A stretch of DNA of 64,000 bases from Candidatus Poseidoniaceae archaeon (lineage in GTDB: Archaea > Thermoplasmatota > Poseidoniia > Poseidoniales > Poseidoniaceae): contig CALHIR010000003.1 of assembly GCA_938030705.1 (NCBI GenBank), forward strand, positions 36,706-100,705, written 5' to 3'. Each line of letters opens with the position of its first letter. The stretch's first letter is position 1. This document shows positions 19,766-29,314 of the stretch, one piece after another. Position numbers and translations under genes: made by a program. The notes under the pieces are model-generated. The model ran no database searches, was not told where the DNA came from, and was given only the letters and a program-made list of their open reading frames with translations.

Positions 19766-21799
19766 ATGAGCATGATTCACATCACCCTGCCAGACGGAAC
19801 CGTCAATGAGTACGCATCAGGCATCACTTGTGGTGAAGTCATCACGGATGCCATGGGGAAAAAGCATGGCTGCTTGGCGGCGAAAGTGGACGGCGCCGAA
19901 TGTGATTTGTCCAAGGTGCTCGACATCAATTGCTCCGTTGAGGGCATTCCTGCCGATTCGGAGGAAGGCATCCACATTCTGCGCCACTCCGCCGCCCACC
20001 TGTTGGCGCAAGCCGTGATGGAACTTTACCCCGGTGCGCTTCCAACGATTGGCCCGGCCATCGATCGTGGCTTCTACTACGATTTTGCCATGGAGCCCAT
20101 CGCTCAAGGCGACCTCAAAGCGATTGAGAAGAAGATGCACGAACTCGCCCGTCGGAATTTAAACGTGGAGCGAGTGGAACTTGACCAATCTTCACTACGA
20201 GAGCACTTTGAGAGCAACCCGTACAAGTTGGAAATCATCGACGATAAACTCGAAGCCGGGGATGGTTCAACCATCTACAAGCAAGGAGAATGGTACGACC
20301 TTTGCCTCGGGCCTCACGTTCCCAGCACCTCGAAACTGATGTTCGTTCGTTTAACATCGGTTTCAACAGCGTATTGGCGAGGCGACCAAGAACGGGAACA
20401 ACTTGTTCGCATTTATGGATTGGTCGAACCTTCAAAGGAAGCGCTGAAAGCCACCTTGACCCGCCTTGAAGAAGCCAAAAAGCGAGATCACCGCAAACTC
20501 GGAAAGGACCTTCAACTGTTCCACATCGATGAAGAAGTGGGCCAGGGGCTCATCCTCTGGACGCCACGTGGGGCGGTCATCCGCCAAGAACTGCAAGATT
20601 TCATCTCGCACCATCTTCGCCGCCAAGGCTATGCTCAAGTGTTCACGCCACATATTGGGAAATTGGACTTGTACAGAACCTCGGGCCACTTCCCATACTA
20701 CCAAGAATCCCAATACCCTCCTTTGGTCGAACGCGAGTTGATGAAGAAATTAGCGGATGAAGGCTGTACCTGTGGCGACCTGTCCAACATGATGAAATCC
20801 GGTGAAATCGACGGTTACATGCTCAAGCCGATGAATTGCCCGCATCACGTGAAAATCTACGCCAGCCAACCTCGCTCCTACCGCAACCTTCCCTTGCGTC
20901 TGGCTGAATTTGGAACCGTTTACAGGTGGGAGCAATCGGGAGAAATTTCCGGCATGACGCGCGTTCGGGGCTTTACACAAGACGACGCTCACTTGTTCGT
21001 GACCGAAGACCAACTGGCCAAGGAAGTGCTGGGTTGCATTGAACTCGTCCAAATCATCTTTGACAAACTCGGCATGGAAGATTATCGCGTCCGTGTGGGC
21101 CTTCGGGATCCAGATTCCTCGAAGTATGTCGGTGACCCCCAAGGATGGGACAAAGCCGAGGAAGCCTGCCGAGCAGCGGCAGAGTCACTCGGCGTCCCTT
21201 GGTCAGAGGAACAAGGTGAAGCGGCTTTTTACGGACCGAAGATCGATTTCGTCGTGAAGGACGTCATCGGCCGAGAATGGCAACTCGGGACCGTCCAAGT
21301 CGATTATAATCTCCCGGAGCGCTTTGATTTAGCCTACAAGGGCAGCGACGGTGAACTCCACCGTCCGGTGATGATTCACCGCGCCCCGTTCGGGTCCATG
21401 GAACGGTTCTGTGGCGTCTTGATCGAGCACTTTGCCGGCCGATTCCCAACCTGGCTCACACCAACCCAGTGCCATGTCATCACGATTCGGGAAGAACACG
21501 CTGATTATGCCGCACAGGTCGCTGATGCCCTCCGAGCCGAAGGTGTGCGTGTAGAAGTGGATGATTCAGGGAATAACATCATGAAGAAGATCCGCAATCA
21601 TCGCAAACTTCAGCCCGCCTACATCGTCATTCTCGGCGATGATGAGATGGGCAACGAGACCGTGAGTTTGCGCGCTCGAAACGGTGACCAAATCGCCGGC
21701 ATCCCCCTCAAAACCTTCATAGCGAATCTGACTGAGGAAATCACGGAAAAGGTCAGCCAGCCCGCCCTCGTTCCGCCATCAACGAGTGATGAACAATGA
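19766..21799 (+). CDS. thrS: Threonine--tRNA ligase (bacterial-type, TGS + editing domain)
   Basis: LRHSAAHLL, DLCLGPH, KPMNCPHH, RVRGFTQDDAH, FYGPKID, MIHRA. Confidence 0.97.
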   Translation: MSMIHITLPDGTVNEYASGITCGEVITDAMGKKHGCLAAKVDGAECDLSKVLDINCSVEGIPADSEEGIHILRHSAAHLLAQAVMELYPGALPTIGPAIDRGFYYDFAMEPIAQGDLKAIEKKMHELARRNLNVERVELDQSSLREHFESNPYKLEIIDDKLEAGDGSTIYKQGEWYDLCLGPHVPSTSKLMFVRLTSVSTAYWRGDQEREQLVRIYGLVEPSKEALKATLTRLEEAKKRDHRKLGKDLQLFHIDEEVGQGLILWTPRGAVIRQELQDFISHHLRRQGYAQVFTPHIGKLDLYRTSGHFPYYQESQYPPLVERELMKKLADEGCTCGDLSNMMKSGEIDGYMLKPMNCPHHVKIYASQPRSYRNLPLRLAEFGTVYRWEQSGEISGMTRVRGFTQDDAHLFVTEDQLAKEVLGCIELVQIIFDKLGMEDYRVRVGLRDPDSSKYVGDPQGWDKAEEACRAAAESLGVPWSEEQGEAAFYGPKIDFVVKDVIGREWQLGTVQVDYNLPERFDLAYKGSDGELHRPVMIHRAPFGSMERFCGVLIEHFAGRFPTWLTPTQCHVITIREEHADYAAQVADALRAEGVRVEVDDSGNNIMKKIRNHRKLQPAYIVILGDDEMGNETVSLRARNGDQIAGIPLKTFIANLTEEITEKVSQPALVPPSTSDEQ

Positions 21800-24321
21800 C
21801 TTCACCCGCCATCATCCAAGGGTTCTCTTTGGACATGGCAGGCCCTCTTCTGTTGGCGTTTTTGGCCGCGTGGTTCTTTTGGAGGAACGTGGTTCCTCGA
21901 CAACTGAGAGGCTTGCAAGTGGCCTTCCCGACCGGCGAGAAAACCTACGAAGTTCACAAAGTGACCTCCACGGTGGAAGATGTTCGCATGCTTCTTGCTC
22001 GGCGAGGGACACGTTTGGGTGTCATATCCTACCTGATGGCCCTGACCGGAAGTTTGGTTCTGCTGTTTGAGTTCTTCAACTACCGGGGCGGCGGTTCAAA
22101 CGGCTACCATGCTCCGTCCGTGGCCTTTGCCCTCATCCTCATCGTCGCCCCTGCCATCATCTCAAGCGGGACTTCACTGGGCGCTCAAGTCATCAAACCG
22201 CTCGGTGTTTCGCGCGCCACCCTGCAGAGCAATTCAAACTCCCGAAATGCTTCCTACATGGCCCTCACGGTCGCATGGCTGGCCTTGGCGGTAGCGGTGG
22301 GCGAAGTGCTCAAAGGAATGGGTGCCTCCCCGACCACGCATTATAGCATGGTGGCGATGGTGGCGTTCAGCCCTGCTGTTCTTGCTTACGGTCGCATCTT
22401 AGGTTCTTCATGGCAGGCCCTCAAACAATCCTCAGCGCAGATCGCCAAGGGAGGCGCTTCGCCCTTTCACAACCATTATCCAAATGCGCGGCAGCAATTC
22501 ATCGCTCAAGTGGTTCATCTCAACTTGGTCGCCATGCCCTTTGTCGCCATAAACACCCTGATTTCGCTGATTTTACTCCTCTACAACCCCGACCTGTTCG
22601 TGCATTCTGACCGCGTGATGGAACTTCCCGAGTACCGCATTCAATCCACCTACATGGAAGAGGGCGGTCTGCTTGGCTTTGGCCTCATCGAATTGTTCTC
22701 TCACATCCCACAGGCAGGCATTCGAGTCCCCATCGTCACCACACTCCTGCTCTTTCTCTTGTTGAACGTCGCCGCAATTGGTTTCCTGTTTGTGTATGAG
22801 GTGGCCAGGATTCTCTTCTTGGACATTCAAGACGTCTCCGGGTGGGGCGGTATTCGCCTCGCAGACAGCAGGTTGCTGCGTGCAGAACCGATTCAACAAG
22901 CCAACGTGCTGAACTTTTGTTTCACGGGGTTCGCCGGCCAATCCATGCTTTTGCTGGCCCTTGCCATGGTGACGTTCTGGGATTCCAGTTTCCTGCCACA
23001 GGAGGAAGCTTGCGGCGCGTGGGAAAACAGCGTTTGTTCCGTCATGCAAAAGGACATGTTGGAACAGTTAACCTGGATGCTGGCCTCCGGTGGCCAAGTG
23101 GCGTTTTTGGTGGTCTGGGCGGTGTCGATACGGCGCTCCACAAAACTCAGCGAAATCGTCTTTGACGCATCCATGGACGAAGACCGCACACGGCTTCGTG
23201 GAATGAGCGACATGATCTATCTCAAGCAACGCCCAACCAGTGAACTGTTGGGCAAAGATGACTGGAGCACCGCCATCGAACGCTTTGATGACGCCACCAT
23301 GAACCGGGAGGCCACCTTGGTGGGTTTGGATATGATTCGCCACGCTCAAGCGAAAATGCTGCTTCATTGTGGACTCGGGCGCTGGGACGAAGCGGAAGAA
23401 TTGGCGGTTGACCTCCTGGCTCTTCAGGGCGGCCGGGACGCCCAAATCGCCAGATTGGTCTTGTGTGCGACAAGCCTTGCTCAACGTGATTACAAAGAAG
23501 CGATTCCTCGCCTTGAACTGCTGGATAACGACGATATTGAGGCGGTTCGCATTCGCTGGGCTGCAAGCCTGCTGAGTGGCCAAAAGCAGTTGAGTAAACA
23601 GGGCATGTCAATGCTCAGCGTTGACCCGCTTCGAAAGGACAACATTCTGATGTTGCAAGCCTTTGAGAAAGGCGAGATGTCCTTGCGGACCAGACCTCCA
23701 CGCCAACCGGCTCAACGAGCGATGTACCTCTCTGAACTGGCTCGGCTACGAATGAACGGAGAAAGCGAACGCGCCCTCAACCATCTGGAGCGAACCCTCG
23801 CTGGCATGGAAGGCGAGACCTGGGTTCACGGTGAGTTGGTCGCCGCCCTCCTCAACCACGACAGTGGCCGTACCCTCTCGGCGGTCAATGCGCTCAAATC
23901 GTTGGCCAAACAACATCCGCGGCATCCGCATATTCGCGCCGTGATGCATCAATTCGCTCGGCTCGGTCAAACCGAACGACCGCCCTCAGAGCCCACAAAA
24001 ATTCAGTGGGTCTTGGAAAACGAGGCGGATTGGAAACGGTTGTGGAATCTTCACAACGTGTCCATCCCCCCCGTGATGGACAGTATCAACCTCAAGCAAC
24101 ATGCGGTGCAGGCCAATGCGTGGTCTCTGATGTTGGGCGGCGATGTGTCCCAACACGGTAAGAAGAACGCCTACAAATCACTGCAAGACGAAGTGCCGCT
24201 CGGTCTTTTCACCCATCTTCAGGGGATCACGGTCACCATCGGTGGCATGCCGATTGACCTCGGCCTTCCGGCAGGCATCAACCTCAAGGCTGCGCAAAAG
24301 AACGGCCTGCTTGACATTTGA
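21796..24321 (+). CDS. Polytopic membrane protein with C-terminal TPR-like helical region
   Basis: About ten hydrophobic segments in the N-terminal half, then GRWDEAEELA/RDYKEAI TPR-like helices; overlaps the thrS stop (ATGA). Confidence 0.75.
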   Translation: MTSPAIIQGFSLDMAGPLLLAFLAAWFFWRNVVPRQLRGLQVAFPTGEKTYEVHKVTSTVEDVRMLLARRGTRLGVISYLMALTGSLVLLFEFFNYRGGGSNGYHAPSVAFALILIVAPAIISSGTSLGAQVIKPLGVSRATLQSNSNSRNASYMALTVAWLALAVAVGEVLKGMGASPTTHYSMVAMVAFSPAVLAYGRILGSSWQALKQSSAQIAKGGASPFHNHYPNARQQFIAQVVHLNLVAMPFVAINTLISLILLLYNPDLFVHSDRVMELPEYRIQSTYMEEGGLLGFGLIELFSHIPQAGIRVPIVTTLLLFLLLNVAAIGFLFVYEVARILFLDIQDVSGWGGIRLADSRLLRAEPIQQANVLNFCFTGFAGQSMLLLALAMVTFWDSSFLPQEEACGAWENSVCSVMQKDMLEQLTWMLASGGQVAFLVVWAVSIRRSTKLSEIVFDASMDEDRTRLRGMSDMIYLKQRPTSELLGKDDWSTAIERFDDATMNREATLVGLDMIRHAQAKMLLHCGLGRWDEAEELAVDLLALQGGRDAQIARLVLCATSLAQRDYKEAIPRLELLDNDDIEAVRIRWAASLLSGQKQLSKQGMSMLSVDPLRKDNILMLQAFEKGEMSLRTRPPRQPAQRAMYLSELARLRMNGESERALNHLERTLAGMEGETWVHGELVAALLNHDSGRTLSAVNALKSLAKQHPRHPHIRAVMHQFARLGQTERPPSEPTKIQWVLENEADWKRLWNLHNVSIPPVMDSINLKQHAVQANAWSLMLGGDVSQHGKKNAYKSLQDEVPLGLFTHLQGITVTIGGMPIDLGLPAGINLKAAQKNGLLDI

Positions 24322-26106
24322 TCAAATTCTACGACGAAGGCGTTCCATGGCGGCATCCGCCTGACCTAGCGCATCCAGCGTGGCCTTGACCCGTCCGCCA
24401 TCAAGCGCTGTTTCAGCCTCAGCGATCGCTTTTTCACAAGCTCGACGGTCATCATCCACCACCTTGATGCTGGCTGCATCGCATTGGTTTCTGAGGACTT
24501 TCCACTGTTCAATGACGAAATCGTAGAGTTCCTTGGCCTCGTCACTGGCATGCCCCTCTTTGTCCAGGGCCGTCGTCATTCGTTCCAGCAGCATGCCTGC
24601 GTGTGACCAAAGACGCTGGTCGGCAGCATCGGTAATTTCCTGAAGCATGGCGTCCCACGTGTCCCGGTCATCTCGGGATTCGTAGCGCTTCGTGAGTTTT
24701 TTCTTCTGCTTCAGCGCTCGCAGCACATCGTCCATCGCCGCTCGCTCCCGCCCGACCGTTCGAACCACCCCGTCCGCCAATCCAATGGCCTGGCTGGCGT
24801 TTCCTGCGGCAAGGGCCTGCTCGGCTTGCTCCAAGCGTTCTTCGAATTCCTGAGTGTCCAAGCCATCGCTTTGGTCAACGGTTCGTCTTGCTTCGACCAA
24901 CGAAGTTTTCGCTCGTTCAAGCGCCCCTTCATCTGCTTCCAACTGGGGGAGAATAGCGATGGCGAACTCGTAGGCTTCCTTGGGTTGTTCTTGCCCGAGT
25001 TTTGCTTTGGCATCGCCGAGCAATTCGCGAAGGTGAGCGACCCCCGCTCCCTGTTTTCCATCGAGCGCACGCGTTGCTTCAGCGATGACCGATTCGGCCT
25101 TTGACCACCAAGCAATGACATCCGTTGCTCGCTTTTTTGCTTGGCGGTAGAGTTGTTCACCCTCTCTGAGCGAACCCAGTTTAACCTCTCGCTCTCCCAT
25201 GTCGTAGGCTTTTCGGGGGCGTTTGGCCGTCGGCGCAATATCTTCCGCAGCGATGACAGCGTCAAGGGCATCCTTACGAATGATTTCCACGTCATCGGCC
25301 AGCGAAAGCGCACGTTCCATGTCCTCTTCACTCTCATCCAATAAGCGCATGCCGTATTCAGGGTCCAAATGTCCCTCTTCTTTTGCCGTGGTCAACAAAC
25401 TTGCGGCCTGCGCCACGGCAGCACCCTGAGCTTTGAGTTCCAAGAGACGATTTTCCAAACTATCGAGGCGTTTTTTGAACCGTTTTCGATCGGCTTTTTG
25501 GTCATCACCGACCGTCCAAGTATAGACCGTGTCGAGAACGGCAAAAACAGCGAGCGAGCCTGCCGTTCCGCCGGAGACCGAGACGAGGCTTTCGCTTTGG
25601 ATAAGGGTCAACGCCACCGCAGAAGCCGATCCGATCCCGGTCAAGATAGCCCGATAGCGAAGAACACCAAAGTTTCCTCGCATCGTTCGGTTGGAGAGTT
25701 GTCGGCACATGAAACCTGCAAACAAAATCAAGATGCTGCCCGCCAGTTGGGAACGATTACCGTCAAGGCCCAGCGCGCCCAAACACAATAAAACAGGCCA
25801 CGCAAGACTGGTGGCTGAAGCGACACGGGACCTTGCAACGGCGTTGTCAAGAATCAAATCTTGGACGAAGATACCCCAAATCAAAAGCACGAGAGGGGGG
25901 CCAAAACTGGTGAGCACCACCCCGTCGCCTTCCATCAGTCCTTTGATGGAGGGCCAAGCGAGCCAAACAGCACAGACCAACAGCGAAAGGGCCGTGAACA
26001 ACGTGGCGTTCTCGACCCGCTTCATCCGCCGGGCTGCCTCGGCCTCAATGGCTGCGTCTGCATCCGCCCAGGTGACCATGGCCGGGGCCTCAACGCTGTT
26101 CCCCAT
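24322..26106 (-). CDS. Membrane protein with long helical/coiled-coil cytoplasmic domain
   Basis: About six TM segments then an A/E/K/R-rich helical region; start ATG 26106. Confidence 0.75.
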   Translation of the reverse strand: MGNSVEAPAMVTWADADAAIEAEAARRMKRVENATLFTALSLLVCAVWLAWPSIKGLMEGDGVVLTSFGPPLVLLIWGIFVQDLILDNAVARSRVASATSLAWPVLLCLGALGLDGNRSQLAGSILILFAGFMCRQLSNRTMRGNFGVLRYRAILTGIGSASAVALTLIQSESLVSVSGGTAGSLAVFAVLDTVYTWTVGDDQKADRKRFKKRLDSLENRLLELKAQGAAVAQAASLLTTAKEEGHLDPEYGMRLLDESEEDMERALSLADDVEIIRKDALDAVIAAEDIAPTAKRPRKAYDMGEREVKLGSLREGEQLYRQAKKRATDVIAWWSKAESVIAEATRALDGKQGAGVAHLRELLGDAKAKLGQEQPKEAYEFAIAILPQLEADEGALERAKTSLVEARRTVDQSDGLDTQEFEERLEQAEQALAAGNASQAIGLADGVVRTVGRERAAMDDVLRALKQKKKLTKRYESRDDRDTWDAMLQEITDAADQRLWSHAGMLLERMTTALDKEGHASDEAKELYDFVIEQWKVLRNQCDAASIKVVDDDRRACEKAIAEAETALDGGRVKATLDALGQADAAMERLRRRI

Positions 26107-26208
26107 AATCACTCCGATGATTTGGACGAGCCTCTCCCTCTGAGCGAACCAATTCAGCGGCAATGTTCAAGGGTGTTATCGGGGTGTGAAGACTTACGAG
26201 GGAAGACC

Positions 26209-27150
26209 ATGTCAGGACTCATCACCATGGATGATTTATCCAACGAAGAAATATTGAGTATCTTGGACGATGCACAACGCTTGCTTCCCGTCGCAGAAGG
26301 CAAGACCTACCTCCCGCTCCTCCAAGGGAAAATTTTGGGAAACTTGTTCTTCGAGCCAAGCACCCGGACCCGAATGTCCTTTGAGACGGCGATGAAGCGG
26401 CTTGGTGGGGACGTGGTTAACCTCGGCGATGTGAAAACCTCGTCCGTCGTCAAAGGTGAGACGCTGTTTGACACCATCCAAATGGTGGACGGGTATACCG
26501 ATATCATCGCCATGCGACACCCTCGACAAGGCGCTGCCCAATACGCCCAAGATGCAGCGAGAGTGCCCATACTCAACGGAGGCGATGGCGCAGGGCATCA
26601 CCCCACACAAACCATGCTCGACCTGTTCACCATCCAACAAGCCCATGGCCGGTTGGACGGCCTCAAAGTCATCCTTGCAGGCGACCTTCGCTACGGCCGA
26701 ACCGTGCACTCGCTTAGCCACGCCCTCACCCGCTTTGGGTGCGAACTCATCCTGGCGAGCCCCAGCCTGTTGAAGATGCCAGCCGAGATTGTCGCCGACC
26801 TCAACGCTCATGGAGCAAACATCACCGAAACAGAGGATTTGCTCGGTTCAATTGAAACCGCCGACGTGGTGTACATGACCCGCATTCAGAAAGAACGCTT
26901 CGCCGATGAAGACGAATACGCCAAAGTCGCCGGTGCCTACAAGTTGCACGCCTCCAATCTCGACGGGGCCAAAGAGAACATGATCATCATGCACCCCCTC
27001 CCCCGTGTGGACGAAATCCATCCATCGGTTGACCAAACACGCCACGCACGCTATTTTGAGCAAGCTTTCAACGGGGTCGTGGCCCGCATGGCGTTGCTGT
27101 GCCGGTTGCTCGACGTGGAAGTTCCCGCTGATATTGGAGGTGGTGCTTGA
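26209..27150 (+). CDS. pyrB: Aspartate carbamoyltransferase catalytic subunit
   Basis: FFEPSTRTRMSF, HPTQ, GDLRYGRTVHSL, HPLPR; ATG 26209. Confidence 0.97.
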   Translation: MSGLITMDDLSNEEILSILDDAQRLLPVAEGKTYLPLLQGKILGNLFFEPSTRTRMSFETAMKRLGGDVVNLGDVKTSSVVKGETLFDTIQMVDGYTDIIAMRHPRQGAAQYAQDAARVPILNGGDGAGHHPTQTMLDLFTIQQAHGRLDGLKVILAGDLRYGRTVHSLSHALTRFGCELILASPSLLKMPAEIVADLNAHGANITETEDLLGSIETADVVYMTRIQKERFADEDEYAKVAGAYKLHASNLDGAKENMIIMHPLPRVDEIHPSVDQTRHARYFEQAFNGVVARMALLCRLLDVEVPADIGGGA

Positions 27151-27626
27151 TGTCGCAAGAAGGCAACATGCGAAGAGTTACGGCGATTCGAAACGGGACG
27201 GTCATCGACCACATTCCTGCAGGACATGCCATGCGCGTGCTGGAAATGCTTGGCATCAACAGGCGTTCGTCGGTCCCTGTTTCCATGGTCATGAACGTCC
27301 CTTCCAAGAAAATGGGCACCAAGGACATCATCAAAGTCGAAGACCGGGAGTTGAATCAAGACGAATTGAACCGACTGGCCCTGGTCGCTCCGGACGCCCA
27401 TGTAGCCATCATTCGAGCCTACGTCGTCGCCGAGAAATTGACCATTGAGTTGGGTGATGAAATCGTCAACGTTCTGCGCTGTACTTTTTCGAACTGCATC
27501 ACGACCAACCCTCGCGAACCGCTCGCCCACCGATTGAAGATTCTCTCAAGGGTGCCCCTTGAATTGAGGTGCCATTATTGTGGACGCCCGCAAGACCTTG
27601 AGGAACTGGTCAACAACGTGCTCTAA
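27150..27626 (+). CDS. pyrI: Aspartate carbamoyltransferase regulatory subunit
   Basis: IRNGTVIDHI, KDIIKVE, CxxxxC and CHYC Zn ligands; overlaps the pyrB stop. Confidence 0.96.
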   Translation: MSQEGNMRRVTAIRNGTVIDHIPAGHAMRVLEMLGINRRSSVPVSMVMNVPSKKMGTKDIIKVEDRELNQDELNRLALVAPDAHVAIIRAYVVAEKLTIELGDEIVNVLRCTFSNCITTNPREPLAHRLKILSRVPLELRCHYCGRPQDLEELVNNVL

Positions 27627-28636
27627 TCCTGCTCAACACCGAGCAAATCCCGCATGTCGCAAGCTTTGCATTGCGTTCCTGAACTCGGACTTCCGCAGCG
27701 TGGACAAGGCGTTGGCGGAGCAGGTCGTTGGTCTTGGCCTCCGAGCGCCACCACTTGATCGCGAAGGCCTTTGATTTGGTCAGCCATTCGAACGAGGCCA
27801 TGCCGAGTTCCGGGAACATCGGCTTCCATTTGGGCCACCATTTCTCGGTGGCGCCAACGCAAAGCACCCCGAGCGTTTGGGCATTCCTCGTGGTGGAGCG
27901 GAAGGTTTCGATGCAAAGCATAGAGATGAATTTCCTGTTCAGGAACCCAACGCAGTGGAACAATCCGAGGCGATAGCCCGTCGACGGGAGTCGCCGTGTG
28001 AGGTGCTAAACGAAGGGTCCGCTCAATGTCAGCATTGACCATGTTCATCAGCACGGTTTGCGCCATATCGTCGAGGTTGTGGCCCAAGGCGATGACGTCT
28101 GCACCAACGCGTTCGGCCAAGTGATTGATGCCTTGGCGCCGGAAAACGCCGCAGTAAGAACACGCCATGCGTGGAGCATCGTTGTCCTTCTGAATCACCA
28201 TGGGCAGGCGCTGAACCACTTCGTCCATCTCGATGAAGGAGAGTTCAGGGTACGAAACGACGTGGTGTTCCACGCCTAACCGTTCACACAAGGAAGCAGC
28301 GCATTCAATCGAGGGAGGGCGGTAGCCTTCAATGCCCTCGTCCACGGTTCCAGCGACGATGGTGACGTCTTGCCGCTTTCCAATGAGGTCCACCAAGGCA
28401 TCGAGCAGGACGGCCGAGTCCTTGCCGCCCGACACGGCAACCAAAACGGTGGTGTGTTCGCCTTTTTTGAGCGGCAATTGCAGGCGAAGTTCCTTGCTGA
28501 TCTTTTTGCGAACCGATTTCGCCAAGTGCTTCCCACAGAGAATACGACCAGAATAGGCCTGTTCAACCACCGCAGGCTTTTCACAGGCATCACACGATGG
28601 AACCGTGAACAATCCCTCCGAACTTGCGCCTGCCAT
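27623..28636 (-). CDS. tRNA 2-thiolation protein (TtuA/Ncs6, TIGR00269-like)
   Basis: N-terminal CxxC..C..H finger, SGGKDS PP-loop, CSYCGVFRR, GHNLDD, C-terminal CxxC..CxxC. Confidence 0.9.
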   Translation of the reverse strand: MAGASSEGLFTVPSCDACEKPAVVEQAYSGRILCGKHLAKSVRKKISKELRLQLPLKKGEHTTVLVAVSGGKDSAVLLDALVDLIGKRQDVTIVAGTVDEGIEGYRPPSIECAASLCERLGVEHHVVSYPELSFIEMDEVVQRLPMVIQKDNDAPRMACSYCGVFRRQGINHLAERVGADVIALGHNLDDMAQTVLMNMVNADIERTLRLAPHTATPVDGLSPRIVPLRWVPEQEIHLYALHRNLPLHHEECPNARGALRWRHREMVAQMEADVPGTRHGLVRMADQIKGLRDQVVALGGQDQRPAPPTPCPRCGSPSSGTQCKACDMRDLLGVEQD

Positions 28637-28717
28637 GGTGGAGGCTCAACGGGCGCATGGTTTCAAATCAACGGCGCCGAAGATGGGGGCTCTCAGCCGA
28701 ATTGTGGAGAAGATTTC

Positions 28718-28872
28718 TTCAATTGAAAAATCAAATATTCAATTGAAATAATTAACTTCGTTTTCACAGAGCCATCTTTCGGACGAGGCTGGCATTTCTT
28801 GGCTTTTCAAAGGACTGGAAACAAATCCATCGCCCCGTTTTGGCTACCCTGAAACTTATTTTCCAGTTGGAA
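28718..28872. repeat. Palindromic repeats in an AT-rich divergent intergenic region
   Basis: TTCAATTGAA at 28718-28727 and 28738-28747 (20-bp period); related TTCCAGTTGGAA at 28861-28872. Confidence 0.7.
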
Positions 28873-28962
28873 AAAAGCGAAAGGTGCCCAAACCGCCATA
28901 TTTCCCCTGCTGAGCGCAAAACTTCTTGAAGGCTACAGCGCTGTCAATCAGGTTGAGCAGGC

Positions 28963-29304
28963 ATGTTGCAACGTCTTCTGGGGGAGTTTCTCAAGATAGA
29001 GGGGGTCGACCAAGCGATGATGATGGACGACCGTGGAAAGTTGCTTTCCAGCGTTGGCCCCGAAGGCCAACTCCCGCCCGTGAACCGTGCCGTGGAATTA
29101 ACGGTCGCAGCGTTGGATGCTGTTCAGCACCACGATCAAGGCGACATGCACGAACTGTGGATCGAGGGCGAGGACCAGGTCCTCATCGATATCCTCACGC
29201 CGTACAGAATCGTGATGTTGAGCGGCTCGAAAGGCAACATTGCTCGCTGGAGGCACTCCGTGGACCACCTCCGTGCTCAACTGGCCACAACCCAAGAAAT
29301 GTAG
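28963..29304 (+). CDS. Roadblock/LC7 (MglB-like) domain protein
   Basis: 113 aa; helix, then IEGVDQAMMMDDRGKLL, helix, ELWIEGE..VLI..IVML, GNIARWR: the roadblock pattern. Confidence 0.8.
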   Translation: MLQRLLGEFLKIEGVDQAMMMDDRGKLLSSVGPEGQLPPVNRAVELTVAALDAVQHHDQGDMHELWIEGEDQVLIDILTPYRIVMLSGSKGNIARWRHSVDHLRAQLATTQEM

Positions 29305-29314
29305 GTGAACAAAC

